DNA from: Escherichia phage 1-6bf
DNA: 64,000 bases
Sequence record: OR983334.1
Direction: 5' to 3' (one strand)
Of the stretch, positions 12,050 to 23,600 are shown in pieces; position 1 is the first letter of the stretch, and every line of letters starts with the position of its first letter. A model generated the notes under the pieces. It worked only from the letters and a program-made list of their open reading frames with translations, searched no databases and had not been told where the DNA came from. A program made the translations under genes and the position numbers.

Positions 12050-13102
12050 TTAGTTTGCTCCAAATGCCCCTAAGACACCACCTAAGATATTACTACCTGC
12101 TGTGGATAACCAGTTAGACTGACCTTTCTGTTGAGAAAGATTAGAACCTCCAATCATAGGACCAGCCATTCCAGATTGCCCACCTGAGTTGTTATAGGAA
12201 CTCCAAGCATTCTGAGTCTGTTGGTTAGGAGAGAAAGCACCCATACGACCTGCAATACCTAATCCAGTGATACCAGCACCGAGAATCTGCTGTCCTGTGT
12301 TAATACCCGGAGCGGCATTCTTAATTGTGTACCCAGCCATTGGGCTTACACTGTTTAATACATTAAGCTGGTTGTTAAGCTGATTCCACCCATACTGCCT
12401 AGAGCCAATAGCATTCTGCCAATTAATGTCAGCTTGAGCTTGATCTTGTCGCTGTTGTAAATTACCAGCCAAGAGTTGATTCTGGATAGCTTGTTGGGTT
12501 GCCTGAACACCTTGTGCACCAAGATTAAGGTTCTGTCCAGCTAACCCCAACTGAGCACCAAGTAAGCCTCTCTGGAAGTTTTGGTCTTGTTGAAGGGCAT
12601 TAATTCCCATATTCTTTCCATTGATAGTTCGAGATAGATTTGTATTAGCACCATTCAAAGCAGCACCCTGAGCAGCAGCTCTACGAAGAGAACCTGAGTC
12701 AGAACCATTTCCGAGAGATACGTTGGAAGCTGCTTTGCTAGTAGCTTGAGCTAAAGCTGAATTGTTCAAACCTTTGCTAAAATTATTAACACCATCAGCT
12801 GTAACCCCACCACTGTTGACAATATTCTGATACTGCTGTGCAAGAGAGTTTAATTGGTCCAACCCTTGCTGTGTACGAGGTGTGTACATATCAGCCAATT
12901 GCTTCTGAGTAGTAGAAGCTGCTAAGTTATTCAGAGCACCTTGTTGGTTGCCATTAAACCCAGCCAGTTGTTGGGAGATGAATCCCGGATCGTTGTTCTG
13001 CATATTCTGAGCATTAGCAACAATCTGCTTCAGCAGGGCATCAACCTGAGAGGAAGGGGCCACTGTGATTTTGCTAGAAGCTGATTTTCCAAATAAAGAC
13101 AT
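12050..13102 (-). CDS. Gln/Asn-rich virion protein (paralog-like of preceding gene)
   Basis: 350-aa Q/N-rich ORF with AGGAGG RBS. Confidence 0.5.
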   Translation of the reverse strand: MSLFGKSASSKITVAPSSQVDALLKQIVANAQNMQNNDPGFISQQLAGFNGNQQGALNNLAASTTQKQLADMYTPRTQQGLDQLNSLAQQYQNIVNSGGVTADGVNNFSKGLNNSALAQATSKAASNVSLGNGSDSGSLRRAAAQGAALNGANTNLSRTINGKNMGINALQQDQNFQRGLLGAQLGLAGQNLNLGAQGVQATQQAIQNQLLAGNLQQRQDQAQADINWQNAIGSRQYGWNQLNNQLNVLNSVSPMAGYTIKNAAPGINTGQQILGAGITGLGIAGRMGAFSPNQQTQNAWSSYNNSGGQSGMAGPMIGGSNLSQQKGQSNWLSTAGSNILGGVLGAFGAN

Positions 13103-13121
13103 AAGTCCTCCTTAAAGATTA

Positions 13122-13904
13122 TTACTTTACACCAATGCTAGCCAAACGTCTGAGCACTGCTTGTGTTTGTGGACTGTACTGAGAACCTGCCGCATGTGGT
13201 GCACTTGCCCTCTGAACTGTTTGAGAAGTAGGAGGTTTACCAGCAAGCATAGCAGCTACCCCTAATACTGCATTACCAAAGTTCTGTTGAGGCTTCTGAT
13301 CTTCCCCTTCTTGTGCTTCATCAGAGTAAAACTCTACTGGATTGCCACCTAAAGCACCAGTCTTAGAAGCAGCAATTTCTGCCTGAGTCGGAGCTTGTGC
13401 GGCCTTCTCTCTATCTAATAAGTCAGGACTAAACTGATTGACTGGTTGAACAGCTTGCAAAGCTCCAACAGGGTTAGCAATCTGAGAAGCTGCATCACCA
13501 TAAAAAGGAAGAAAGTGTTTGTTGTTCATTGAATCTAGAGCCTGAGGGGTAAATCCTTTCTTACCAGCGAACATCTGCTTAGCACCACCAGTTCCCTCTG
13601 AGTAACCGACCATTGCCTTCTTAACGTCACCATTAAAAGCTTTCAGGTTGTCTCTGATGTAACGAGCACCCATGTCGATATTCTTTGCTGGATCAAGTCT
13701 ATCTTCTAGTTTGTAACCATAGTCTTTGGCTAACCCTTTACTGATCTGCATCAAACCGACAGGACCAGTTCCGGAAGCCACCTTAGGACGTCCGCTAGAC
13801 TCTCTTTGGATTACAGCATGAATCAAAGCAGCTGGGATTCCATACTTCTTTGAAGCCTGTTGAACCATCGGGTCTAGTTCTTCTATATCCATTCTAATTG
13901 CCAT
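13122..13904 (-). CDS. lytic transglycosylase (SLT domain), virion-associated
   Basis: canonical SLT motif AVIQRESSGRP ... GLMQI. Confidence 0.85.
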   Translation of the reverse strand: MAIRMDIEELDPMVQQASKKYGIPAALIHAVIQRESSGRPKVASGTGPVGLMQISKGLAKDYGYKLEDRLDPAKNIDMGARYIRDNLKAFNGDVKKAMVGYSEGTGGAKQMFAGKKGFTPQALDSMNNKHFLPFYGDAASQIANPVGALQAVQPVNQFSPDLLDREKAAQAPTQAEIAASKTGALGGNPVEFYSDEAQEGEDQKPQQNFGNAVLGVAAMLAGKPPTSQTVQRASAPHAAGSQYSPQTQAVLRRLASIGVK

Positions 13905-13913
13905 AAGCTCTCC

Positions 13914-14948
13914 TTATTGTATGCTTCTAAAAATCTTCCTAGCATCTAGTACTGGAACCTGAAGGGAGATAGCCCCACCACCACCCATATCGTAGTTTCT
14001 ACTCCACTGGAACATATATCGACCATACCCTGTGCCAAAAGAAGACCCGTTCATTATATGAGATCTTGCGTGTTGGAAATACCAACTACCAGCTTGGCCT
14101 CTAATTGAACCAGCCCCATTCGTCAGAGGAATCATAGGATAGGATAGTCCAGTGTCTCCTCCACTCATAGCCATAAAGCGATCAACCATAAAAGGTGTTC
14201 TGTAAGTAGAGAATACACATTGAGAACCATTAGGTGAGTAGATGTTCAATCCACCATTGTGAGTAGGAACACCAGCCCCATCACAGAACACTGCAACTCT
14301 CACATTGTTGATTGTACCTGTTTGGTTGTTGTTTCCATTGTCGTATGTTCTGTTTTGATAAACTCTGATATTACGACTCCCTGCATCGTACAGTAAACCT
14401 TGCCCTCCAGACCAGTTAGCAAACACAGAAGCTCTTGACATATCAAAACCACTGATGGCTGGTATTTGCATAGAACCATTAATGTTTCCTTCCCAAGCCC
14501 AAATACATTGACCAACAACCCCAGCATCTGATATAGAGAAGTAATCAGCTGTGTTTGAAAAGGTTATCCCGTAGTTTCTATTAGCTCTAGGCCATATTTG
14601 ATATACATTGAAAGCCACGTCAAACAATGGGTTACTTCCGGGATTCATATTTATGCTAACCCTAAAAGTTGAGTTATTCACAATACTTATGTTATTTACA
14701 ACATACACATCAGGGACAAGGTTAGGAGGGACTTCCCATTGCCAACACAAAGAGCCGGTTGGGACTACAACAATTTGGCCTGAGCCATCCCATCCAGAAA
14801 TAGGGAAATCTCTACTACCTCCATTAAAGTTGTAATTACCACTGACCCTATTCTTGAATTGAGGGAAAGTGGAATTACTATCAATAAAAATCTCAGCCGG
14901 AGAAGCTGGTCCCGGTCCAACTGGCGTTGTCCATATTCCATATGCCAT
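13914..14948 (-). CDS. virion structural protein (tail-associated, unassigned)
   Basis: 344-aa ORF with GGGAG RBS inside structural block. Confidence 0.45.
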   Translation of the reverse strand: MAYGIWTTPVGPGPASPAEIFIDSNSTFPQFKNRVSGNYNFNGGSRDFPISGWDGSGQIVVVPTGSLCWQWEVPPNLVPDVYVVNNISIVNNSTFRVSINMNPGSNPLFDVAFNVYQIWPRANRNYGITFSNTADYFSISDAGVVGQCIWAWEGNINGSMQIPAISGFDMSRASVFANWSGGQGLLYDAGSRNIRVYQNRTYDNGNNNQTGTINNVRVAVFCDGAGVPTHNGGLNIYSPNGSQCVFSTYRTPFMVDRFMAMSGGDTGLSYPMIPLTNGAGSIRGQAGSWYFQHARSHIMNGSSFGTGYGRYMFQWSRNYDMGGGGAISLQVPVLDARKIFRSIQ

Positions 14949-14949
14949 A

Positions 14950-15918
14950 TTACCAACTCCCTATTCTGATACGGAGTGTACCACTTCCATCATAAAAATC
15001 TATCCTGTTCCCATTCATCCATAGCTGAGAACCACCAGTACCACCCATAACAAAATCACCACCAACAGTCAATCTCCAGTTTGTACCACTCATAGAACCA
15101 GCGGTAATTTTATTAGCAGACAAACTCTGAATCTGTGCGTTTGTGATGTTGACATTATCAATTTGTGCCCACTGTATTCTAGCGTCAGCAATCATAGCAG
15201 TTGTAATGTTGACATTCTTTATGTCAGCAAACTCCATCTTCGCTCTACCGTTTTCAAAAACAAAAGGAGTGTTACCGGAGCTGCCATCACCAACAATAAA
15301 TTTGTTAGCTGTTACTTGGAATTGACTGTTTGTTCCGTTGTTAGTTAGCTTGACCCCAGCATATTTTCCGTTGATTGTAGAGTTAACACCCCACGTAGCT
15401 TCATACTCAGAGAGTTTCATATACTGAGAAAGGCTTCCGTTGATATTTTGAATCTCTGTCTGAACTAAAGCGATCTCTTGACCTTGGTCGTTAACAATCC
15501 CTTCTACCGTTTGAATCTTAGTTGTGTTACCTTCAATACTAGTTTTAAAGCCAGATACAGTGCTTTCTAATTTTACAGGAGGTTGAACAGAATTATCCCA
15601 AATATCTTCAGTGGATAAGTTCCCCATCTGAGTTTGGATATCTGCAATAGCTGTCTCTATCTCTGTAGTAACTCTATTCTCAAGCTCATCAAATTGTAGA
15701 TTCATCGCATGAAGAGCTTTGATACGAACATCAATCTCATCGTGAATCTCATCAATAGCTTGGAACATTTGGTTAGTAGCTGTACTAACTTTCTGTAGCT
15801 CGTCATATACGGCTACGTTATATGTTTCTGTGTCCTGTACATTATTGAGAAACCCAACGTTGTACGGGAGTGTGGTGTTATTACGACCAGTGTTCTTACG
15901 AAAACCACCTGCACCCAT
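14950..15918 (-). CDS. tail fibre-like protein
   Basis: GGAGGA RBS 5 nt before ATG (15918); C-terminal repeats DNVNITNAQIQSL resembling fibre/host-specificity repeats. Confidence 0.5.
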   Translation of the reverse strand: MGAGGFRKNTGRNNTTLPYNVGFLNNVQDTETYNVAVYDELQKVSTATNQMFQAIDEIHDEIDVRIKALHAMNLQFDELENRVTTEIETAIADIQTQMGNLSTEDIWDNSVQPPVKLESTVSGFKTSIEGNTTKIQTVEGIVNDQGQEIALVQTEIQNINGSLSQYMKLSEYEATWGVNSTINGKYAGVKLTNNGTNSQFQVTANKFIVGDGSSGNTPFVFENGRAKMEFADIKNVNITTAMIADARIQWAQIDNVNITNAQIQSLSANKITAGSMSGTNWRLTVGGDFVMGGTGGSQLWMNGNRIDFYDGSGTLRIRIGSW

Positions 15919-15939
15919 AAGTTCCTCCAAAACAATAAA

Positions 15940-15960
15940 AGGGGCACGAAGCCCCTTGTT
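15940..15960 (-). terminator. intra-operon hairpin (attenuator-like)
   Basis: GGGGCTTCGTGCCCC stem-loop followed by TTTTATTGTTTT on - strand between two structural genes. Confidence 0.35.
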
Positions 15961-15961
15961 G

Positions 15962-18900
15962 TTATCTCCGTCCGCCAACAGCAAACTCTATCGTTAACCC
16001 ATTGATAGCAGCATTACTGTTAACATCATTATCTATAACATTATAGAAAAGGTATGGATGGTTCAGTCTCACCGAGACATGTCTGTCAACACCGATTGTA
16101 TAAGTCTTAGATGTGTGTGGGTGTCCATATTCATTTGAGAATTGACTACCTCCAGCTTCAAAGGTATAGGTGCCTGAGCCAGTTGTCTGAGGACGGAATC
16201 TATTAACATGCTTCTGATTCCACTCATTCGTCACATTATCAAAATCTATACCAGTCCTCTCCAACCTCATTTCCAGAGGCTTCTCTATAACAGCATCATT
16301 TAATCTGTCATAGAAATAGTCAAGAGCGCCTACATCCACTTGGTAGAATCCCCTCAAGAATGAACCTACTATCGTAATCCTCTGTCTGAAGTTTGTTGCA
16401 TCCTTTCTCCAAACAAGCTCTTTGATCGATGGGTCATCCCAAGTGATTTCTTGGAAGTCAGCCCAAATTGGACCCCTTTCAAGGACAGGAGGATCAACCA
16501 AACCAATACACTGAGCATATGGGATAGTACGGAAAGACCAAGTATCAAACTCGTAATTCCATACAGCAGCTTTAGTACAAGCATAACTTTCCTTAGGCTC
16601 TCCCGGACCTACATAAAGAATCCAAACCTCCTTTTTATCTTGATGTAAGTGAACTCTGGTAGCTAACGGGTTGACCAGACAGATCTCATTAATCAGCATG
16701 TTCTTGACACGGTTGGAAGCGATTGACTTCTTAGTTGCGCCGTTATGTAAGATCACATCGTTCTGAGTAACAACGAAATGGCTACCTTCTACTTCAACTG
16801 CACACTCAGGAGCAAGGATACCAGAGTCATTAAAGAGTTTCTTGAACATCAGTGGTTGATACGTGTTATTAGTCGGAGAACCAATGTACGTTTCAAACTC
16901 CGTGTAAACGAACAAGTAATCTTTAAGAGGTAGGATATCAATCAAGCTGCCATTGGAGTCTGCTAAATCAATGTAACCAGCATAACCATTTTCCAGAGCC
17001 TCAGTCTGCCCAACTATGTTCGAAGCTAAGTCAGATGTTACTAAACGATCATAGGCAAAGTCATCCCATAGTGTAGGAGCTTTGTTCTCATTAGCAAAAT
17101 TAGACCAACGAAGACGAAGTGGGTAGTTAGTTGTAACGCCAGAAGCATTTGATTCCCTCATATTCAGGGCAAAGAGCCTGTTGTTAAAAGAACGAACTCT
17201 TTCACATTTCCAGTTGAACTTCTTAACTGAAGGATTCCCATCACTATCTACCACTGTTTGTTCTCCCCACCCCGGAAGATCAGTAAAATGTTCAGATTCG
17301 AATTCTTTTACTTGTGGTGTTTCATAGTGAGTTGTAGCAACTGCACAGTTTGATATAACAGCATGATACCAAGGATAGTCGTCAAACGCGTCATAATCCC
17401 TTTGTGTCATTTGGCTGACAGAACATGTTATGTTAATCTCACCTTTGCGAAGAGCTGTAAGTTTAATAGATTTACCAGTTACTGAAGTAGTTGAGACATA
17501 GCCAGTTTTGTCTACAGACCATAAGTACGAGTAGTCACCCTCTGGAGACGCTGTAGCTGTAATAACGATCTCCTCTCCTACATCAAGAGAAGCACTAACT
17601 ACATCTAATGTTACAGAGTCTAAAGGAGTGGCAAAAAGAGAGGCTCTTGCAAAACCTTCCATGTCATCAACGTTTGAATAATCATAGAAGCTATTTCCTT
17701 CAGACATTCCAGTAGTATCAATCCCAGAGGAGGGTGATGCAAAATATAAAACCTCTTCTGATTCAGGAACTACTACATCCTCGACCACTTCTGGAGCATC
17801 TGGTTCAGTAGAAGACTCAGCCATAAGAGAGGTTCTCATCATCCTTCCAGCCAAATCTACACGAACTGTACAGACAGCGGTTCTGTTGCCCTCTTGAGTA
17901 GTAGCAGTAATCTCAGTGAATCCAGCTGTAATTGCAGTGATGGTAGCCTCTGTGCTCGTACCAGACACTGTAGCAATATTCGGGTTAGAGGAAGTCCATG
18001 TTATATTTTTATTAGGAGCATTCGTTGGAGACACTGTAGCTGTGAGAATATATTGAACCCCTCTATTAATGGTAACATCTGTTTGACTCAGAGTAATACT
18101 ATCAATCTGTGGGATTACATTAACAATACATGATGCAGTTTTTGTTCCATTGTCTGCTGTAACAGTTGCTGTCCCTTCTCCATTAGCTACAAGCACTGCT
18201 GTGAGTGTGTTAGCATTAGGTGTTATAGAAATGATAGAGCCATTAGTAGTGGACCAACTTACAGAAGTTTTACCAGTCACCGCAGTTATGGTAGTATTTC
18301 CACCTTTACGGACAGTCAGAGTATCCTGACTCAAGAAAATACCTGAGTCTCCGTCAATAATATTGACAGCAATCTGAGCTGATACAGATTCATCTTTAGT
18401 CTGAACTGTAACTACGAGATTACCTTCTTTATTCAAAGACGTCAAAGAGGCTTTCTTAGAGTCAGTAGGGTCTACAGTGATCTGACCGTAAGAAGAGTTA
18501 CTAACACTCCAAACAAGTTCAGGGTTATTAGCATCTTCTGGAGAGATTGTAACTTCTAGAGATTTAGTTTGGTTGAAGTTCATAGAAATAGTAGACTCTT
18601 TAGGAGTAATCCTAGAGACTACAGGGTATATCTTGATATTAGCAGAAGCTTTTTTAGTGACCGTAGCAACTTTCCTGCTGATATCAGTTAAGCTTTCATC
18701 TGTTAGTTTATATAACTTCTTATTGGTTCCCACAATAAGAAAGCTATTACCTGCACTATAGTAATCGAAAGGCATAGATATGAAAGATAATGGGGTTAGA
18801 TCCTTATCTTCATCTACGTAAGAAAGAGGGGCATTGCCCCCCGTCTTAAAAACTCTCTGCTCAACAAATCGAGCGTTTATAGCGTTAGTGAAAGCGTTAG

Positions 18901-18973
18901 GAGCTAAATCAGTAGGTGCTTGGTCAGCAATAACACCGACAGCACCGAGTGATTTTATTGGATACAACGCCAT
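15962..18973 (-). CDS. tail protein with bacterial Ig-like (Big_2-type) domains
   Basis: 1003 aa; central Thr/Ser-rich Ig-like repeats (TATVTADNGTKTASCIVNV); AAGGAGG RBS. Confidence 0.55.
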   Translation of the reverse strand: MALYPIKSLGAVGVIADQAPTDLAPNAFTNAINARFVEQRVFKTGGNAPLSYVDEDKDLTPLSFISMPFDYYSAGNSFLIVGTNKKLYKLTDESLTDISRKVATVTKKASANIKIYPVVSRITPKESTISMNFNQTKSLEVTISPEDANNPELVWSVSNSSYGQITVDPTDSKKASLTSLNKEGNLVVTVQTKDESVSAQIAVNIIDGDSGIFLSQDTLTVRKGGNTTITAVTGKTSVSWSTTNGSIISITPNANTLTAVLVANGEGTATVTADNGTKTASCIVNVIPQIDSITLSQTDVTINRGVQYILTATVSPTNAPNKNITWTSSNPNIATVSGTSTEATITAITAGFTEITATTQEGNRTAVCTVRVDLAGRMMRTSLMAESSTEPDAPEVVEDVVVPESEEVLYFASPSSGIDTTGMSEGNSFYDYSNVDDMEGFARASLFATPLDSVTLDVVSASLDVGEEIVITATASPEGDYSYLWSVDKTGYVSTTSVTGKSIKLTALRKGEINITCSVSQMTQRDYDAFDDYPWYHAVISNCAVATTHYETPQVKEFESEHFTDLPGWGEQTVVDSDGNPSVKKFNWKCERVRSFNNRLFALNMRESNASGVTTNYPLRLRWSNFANENKAPTLWDDFAYDRLVTSDLASNIVGQTEALENGYAGYIDLADSNGSLIDILPLKDYLFVYTEFETYIGSPTNNTYQPLMFKKLFNDSGILAPECAVEVEGSHFVVTQNDVILHNGATKKSIASNRVKNMLINEICLVNPLATRVHLHQDKKEVWILYVGPGEPKESYACTKAAVWNYEFDTWSFRTIPYAQCIGLVDPPVLERGPIWADFQEITWDDPSIKELVWRKDATNFRQRITIVGSFLRGFYQVDVGALDYFYDRLNDAVIEKPLEMRLERTGIDFDNVTNEWNQKHVNRFRPQTTGSGTYTFEAGGSQFSNEYGHPHTSKTYTIGVDRHVSVRLNHPYLFYNVIDNDVNSNAAINGLTIEFAVGGRR

Positions 18974-18982
18974 AATTCCTCC

Positions 18983-19786
18983 TTAGCTAATACGTCTCCA
19001 AATGTGAGCCGCTCTGAATGGTGGCAAAGTGTTAATAGGTTGACGAGATATGTCATCACGTCCAAAACTAACAGAACCAGATATTGTGTGAGTATGAGTA
19101 TCAGATTCTGTTCTATGAGTAAACCCAGAACCGGGACTATACCAGTTAGGAGAACTATTGTGACCACTAGCATCCCCACGACCAAAGTTGATATTGTGTG
19201 AATGGGTGTTACTGGAAACAGAGAAGCTAGAGCCATCAATAGTTATCAACGGTAAGTTCTCTGTCTGGACTGTATTGAAAATCCTACCACCAGTAGCTCC
19301 AGATGTAAACTCAACCCTAGAGGCATTAGGAACTGTACCATCAGGGTTGACCACACCAGTACCCATGATAACACCAGTAACTTTAGACCAAGAGCCAAAC
19401 CCAAGAGAGATAGAGTCTCCGGGGTTGATATCCTCTTCAGTGATATAGTAAGAACCAATTCGATAAAGCTTATTCTCCATCCAGTTCTTCATGAACGCTT
19501 CCATCTGGCCTTTAGTAACAACATCCTTGTCACCAGTTCCCGGAGTAACGTTCTTAATCATAAGACCGCCAACATCCATTGCATCACCAGTAAACTTGAG
19601 CTTCTCTGACATGATCTTAAAGGTGTCGGAATCTATATCAACTGGCTCAGTTACATTAGGGAATGTGTTCTTTAGTGTTTGTTTAATGAGGCGGATTTGG
19701 GCCGCCCCTTCGTAGATATAATCCCTATCTCTAGGATAGAGCGGGTTCAGGTCGGTAATCACGACCGCATTAGTTTCAATAGCCAA
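18983..19786 (-). CDS. virion structural protein (fibre/adaptor-like)
   Basis: 267-aa ORF, TTG start with GGAGG RBS. Confidence 0.4.
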   Translation of the reverse strand: MAIETNAVVITDLNPLYPRDRDYIYEGAAQIRLIKQTLKNTFPNVTEPVDIDSDTFKIMSEKLKFTGDAMDVGGLMIKNVTPGTGDKDVVTKGQMEAFMKNWMENKLYRIGSYYITEEDINPGDSISLGFGSWSKVTGVIMGTGVVNPDGTVPNASRVEFTSGATGGRIFNTVQTENLPLITIDGSSFSVSSNTHSHNINFGRGDASGHNSSPNWYSPGSGFTHRTESDTHTHTISGSVSFGRDDISRQPINTLPPFRAAHIWRRIS

Positions 19787-19798
19787 AAGGAACCTCCA

Positions 19799-20290
19799 TT
19801 AATATTTACCTTCGGTATAAAGATCAGCTTCCGCAACCCTTCTGTTATGAAGACCCTGACTTCTCTGCTTCTCTCCCTTAACCGTAATTTTATCCCAACG
19901 TAGAAATTCTGAGTATATATCACCCTTAACCTCTCCATTGATAACTTTCCTTAGCTTAGATGTGCTCAGTGCCCCACTACCAACATTGAAGTTGAAAGAG
20001 GTGAGTGCATCGAACTCATGAACTAGCAAAGGAACCTTTATGTTCTTCTGAGTAGCACGAACAGAGTCTTGTGTGTCTCTATCTAGCAGAGCTAGACAAT
20101 CCTCTATAGAATATGTTAATCCTTGCCTAACCGGATAACCATTCATATCGCGCGTAGCCCCTACACAAATCGTCCAGATGCCTGCGGAATCTTTATAAGC
20201 TTTGGTTCTCATACCCTCATGCTTCATGATGAATTCCATTCCAGCTGGGCTTAAGTTTAGTTGTACAGGTGGCAATGCGACGTTATCCAT
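19799..20290 (-). CDS. endolysin, T4-type lysozyme (GH24)
   Basis: KHEGMRTKAYKDSAGIWTICVG matches the lysozyme catalytic E...D...T motif. Confidence 0.9.
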   Translation of the reverse strand: MDNVALPPVQLNLSPAGMEFIMKHEGMRTKAYKDSAGIWTICVGATRDMNGYPVRQGLTYSIEDCLALLDRDTQDSVRATQKNIKVPLLVHEFDALTSFNFNVGSGALSTSKLRKVINGEVKGDIYSEFLRWDKITVKGEKQRSQGLHNRRVAEADLYTEGKY

Positions 20291-20319
20291 TTCTAACCTC
20301 CTTTCATGGTCCCTTTAAA

Positions 20320-20538
20320 TTAAGGTAGTATCTTTCTCAGAGCGTTAGATTCAGCATCAGGGCAAATAACAACCAAATTGTTTTGAATGGTTCGCTGCTT
20401 GCATTGTGAACTGAGTTTCTCTACTGGAGCAGGAGTAGTGACTAAAGGGTGGACTGCATTAACAGGAACTGCTGTTGATACAACAACTCCAGCACCTAAG
20501 CAAACTAAACCGTATGCAGCTTGTTTCATCATTTTCAT
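20320..20538 (-). CDS. small membrane/secreted protein upstream of endolysin (holin candidate)
   Basis: 72 aa, one N-terminal hydrophobic segment (AAYGLVCLGAGVVVSTAV), AGGAG RBS, immediately 5' of lysozyme. Confidence 0.35.
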   Translation of the reverse strand: MKMMKQAAYGLVCLGAGVVVSTAVPVNAVHPLVTTPAPVEKLSSQCKQRTIQNNLVVICPDAESNALRKILP

Positions 20539-20550
20539 CTTAGTGTCTCC

Positions 20551-20559
20551 TATATATTA
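20551..20559 (-). promoter_or_regulatory. TAATATATA variant of late motif abutting RBS
   Basis: TTAATATATAGGAG directly upstream of start of the small membrane protein gene. Confidence 0.3.
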
Positions 20560-20597
20560 ACCTTTCATTCATATTGAATTCATTATCTGTCTCACCT

Positions 20598-20627
20598 AAA
20601 TACTACTAAAACCCTCCGAAGAGGGTT
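20598..20627 (-). terminator. terminator-like hairpin after tail fibre gene
   Basis: AACCCTC-TTCG-GAGGGTT on - strand followed by T-rich tract. Confidence 0.45.
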
Positions 20628-20678
20628 ATTAGATTTAGCTATAAGATGCATCAACTGCACAAGAAAAACAGTGACCAC

Positions 20679-23600
20679 TTATTTTTTCTCTAGCAGTTCC
20701 AGTCGCTTGATAATATCCTGCAAGCAAGACACTATCGGAGAGATGAACTCACCGTAGCGAAGACCAAGCTTACCGTCCTCACCTTCAACGTACCCACCGA
20801 AGTCGGAGATTCCCAACTTGTCTACGAGATCCTTAACTTCCTGTGCGATGAATCCATAGTGCGTACGTTTACCCGGTACTTCCGTAATAACTTGGCGAGT
20901 TTTAGGAACGGTTACTTTCTCCATCAACGGTGTTTTGATTGTTCCAATGACATTACCTAGCTCATCACGCAGATCAACCTCATGGAATACTGGACGCTCT
21001 ACTTCCTTGTCAACGAACTTACGGACGTAATAGACTTCATCTCCATCAACAACACGTTCGTGGACTTCTTCAGTTGAAACAACCTTTTCTACCACCTGAC
21101 GTTCAATCTCCTCTACACCATCTTCAATCTCTTCTACAATATTCCCACCAACAATGTTTTTGTAAGAAACAGGGTTTAGGCCCAGAATAAAGTCTGTAGA
21201 TAGATTGGATCCTTGAACTTCGGTTTTTGTCGTCCCATCAGAAGTCTGGATAGTAGCGTTCGATGACCATATCTGTGACCACCTATTCCCAGACTTACCA
21301 CACGAATAGATGTTATCTACATATGGATACATCGCGGCGTTAACACCTACCTCGGAGTGGAACACAACCTTACCTGCACCTTTAGACTTAATAGTTAACG
21401 ACGCATCCGGTGTAGATCCACCAGAGACTGTAACGGTGGCGTTGCCATTCCTGTTGTCCAGCATGATTTGTGGGTTAGAGGTTTGGCTATAGGGTACATA
21501 TAACGGCCCGTTCCCGTAGTTACCACCGAGGGTTACATCTCCATTGGCTGCGGAGATAATGCTTCTTCGCATCTGCCCGTTATCTTCCCAACCAGATCCA
21601 ATGTAGAGTGGATACTGCTCATTCGCTGGGTTACTAGCAGCAGCGTGCAATGCGTAATATCCACTATTATTGGCAATGAGACTAATATTTTCCTCAAAGC
21701 CAGCATCATTGATACGATGAACCCGAAGTGCACTGTTGAGGTTGTTAACTGTACCCCAGAATTTATATTCTGTTGATGCTGAATCCCCCGGAGCAGAACT
21801 AAGGGTAACATGCTGAGGGTCTGTAAAAGCCACTACGCGGTAGTCGACACCATTAATAGTCATTGTCTGAGGTACTGATGCGTCGGGAATCACAAACGGA
21901 TCACCACTAATGCGGGTTACAGTAGTGCCGGATACACTGCATACACCACTGCCGTGGTAGTAACACAAGCTGTACGAGTGGGTTGCATTTGATCCCCAAG
22001 TAACAGGTGACCCATTGATATTTTTAACAGTAAAACCATCTGCTGTTACGGATGCTACAGTATAAAGTGCATCATAGATAGCAATAGGTTTACCGATCGC
22101 TTCAGATGTAATGCTAGCACCAGACAGGATTTTTACAGCATTGCTGCCTGAGATTGTCTGACATGACCCGGATTTAGAACTTGGATATATCGCCATTTCT
22201 GTAGGGTGAGGCCATTTAGATGCACGAACACCTAACCACCCAGAACTACCATCGGTAAACATTCTAATACCATCAGCACCGTTATATGGCACAGCCCCAC
22301 CAATCTGAATTCCGGTTGACGTCACTCCGTTATCACCGAAAACAGCAGATGTGGTCATCCTCTCAGTAGTTCCTGGCTTAGCCCATTGGGAAACTTTAGT
22401 TGTCCCATCCGACATAATGCGATTTACAATAGCACCATAGAATTTACCAGCACCAGTAAATGTCACTGGTTCTTCAAATACGAAACGGCGACCGTAACAT
22501 TCTACATTACTATTGAGGAGGTATGTCCCGCTTGGAACAATGATCTCACGACTTTTAGGTAGAAGTGTGTTGGCAGAAATAAAGGAACTTGCAGCATCCG
22601 TAGTGCCGTTGTATTTATCACCAAGAAAGTCAAGAATGCTACTGAATTGTGCATTTATGTCATGCTGAGTACGAGCCGCAGCGCCAGCGAAAGGAGCCTT
22701 GACCCCAATTAGTGCATCACCTTGAGCTACGTTAGACGTATTAGAAAGCTGAGCTGTTGGTACACGACTATCCGCATTAGTATTAGCAGCAGCAGCAGCA
22801 TCTTTAGCTTCGTTAATCTTCGTTTCAAGTAATGCAGTTTCAGTAGACAGTTGACCGAGAGCTACTGGTTCGTTGTTAGCTACTGCATCAGGAATCACTG
22901 GAGACTGCGTGAAAGTAACCTTGTTAGTCATTGAGGTTATATCAGAGTTAGCCCCACTTTTAGCAGCAACAAGAGACATACGCGCTGCATCTGCTGTTGT
23001 TGCCCCAGTGCCACCCTGTCCAACCCCTAACGGTATCCAACCTGTTCCAGTGCTGCTGCCCCATGCACCGTTATCCTGGATACGCAAGCGGTTGGAACCG
23101 TTGGCTGTAAGGAAATCGCTATAACTACCACCTTGTATTACGCGGTTGACACCGAGATTCTCTCTGGCACTGACCACCGTTGTTGCCCCCGTACCTCCAT
23201 TAACAATAGGTACAGTGTCCAAAGTAGAAATAGGTCCAAGTCCTAGATTAGTTCTTGCACCAGCAGCATCTCTTGCCCCTGTACCACCTTGATTTACTTT
23301 AAGAGCAATAGGTCCTGTACCTGTTGAGGAATAACACCCCCAAGTGTCGCCATCTTTGTTTACGTATAAAAAAGCGCTACCTGTTCCATTACGTAGCTGA
23401 GTTTCACCGCTAGTTAACTGAGTAAGACGGTCAACTGAGAGATTTATACGAGCATTAGCAGCATCTTTTGCCCCTGTACCACCTTGAGCTACAGATAGGG
23501 CAGTAGTCAACCCACGAATCTGGTTAATATCGTTGTTAACGCCAGAAGCAGCTGCGCCAGTAACTTGACTTACTGTGTAGTCTCCAGCAGCCGGAATAAC

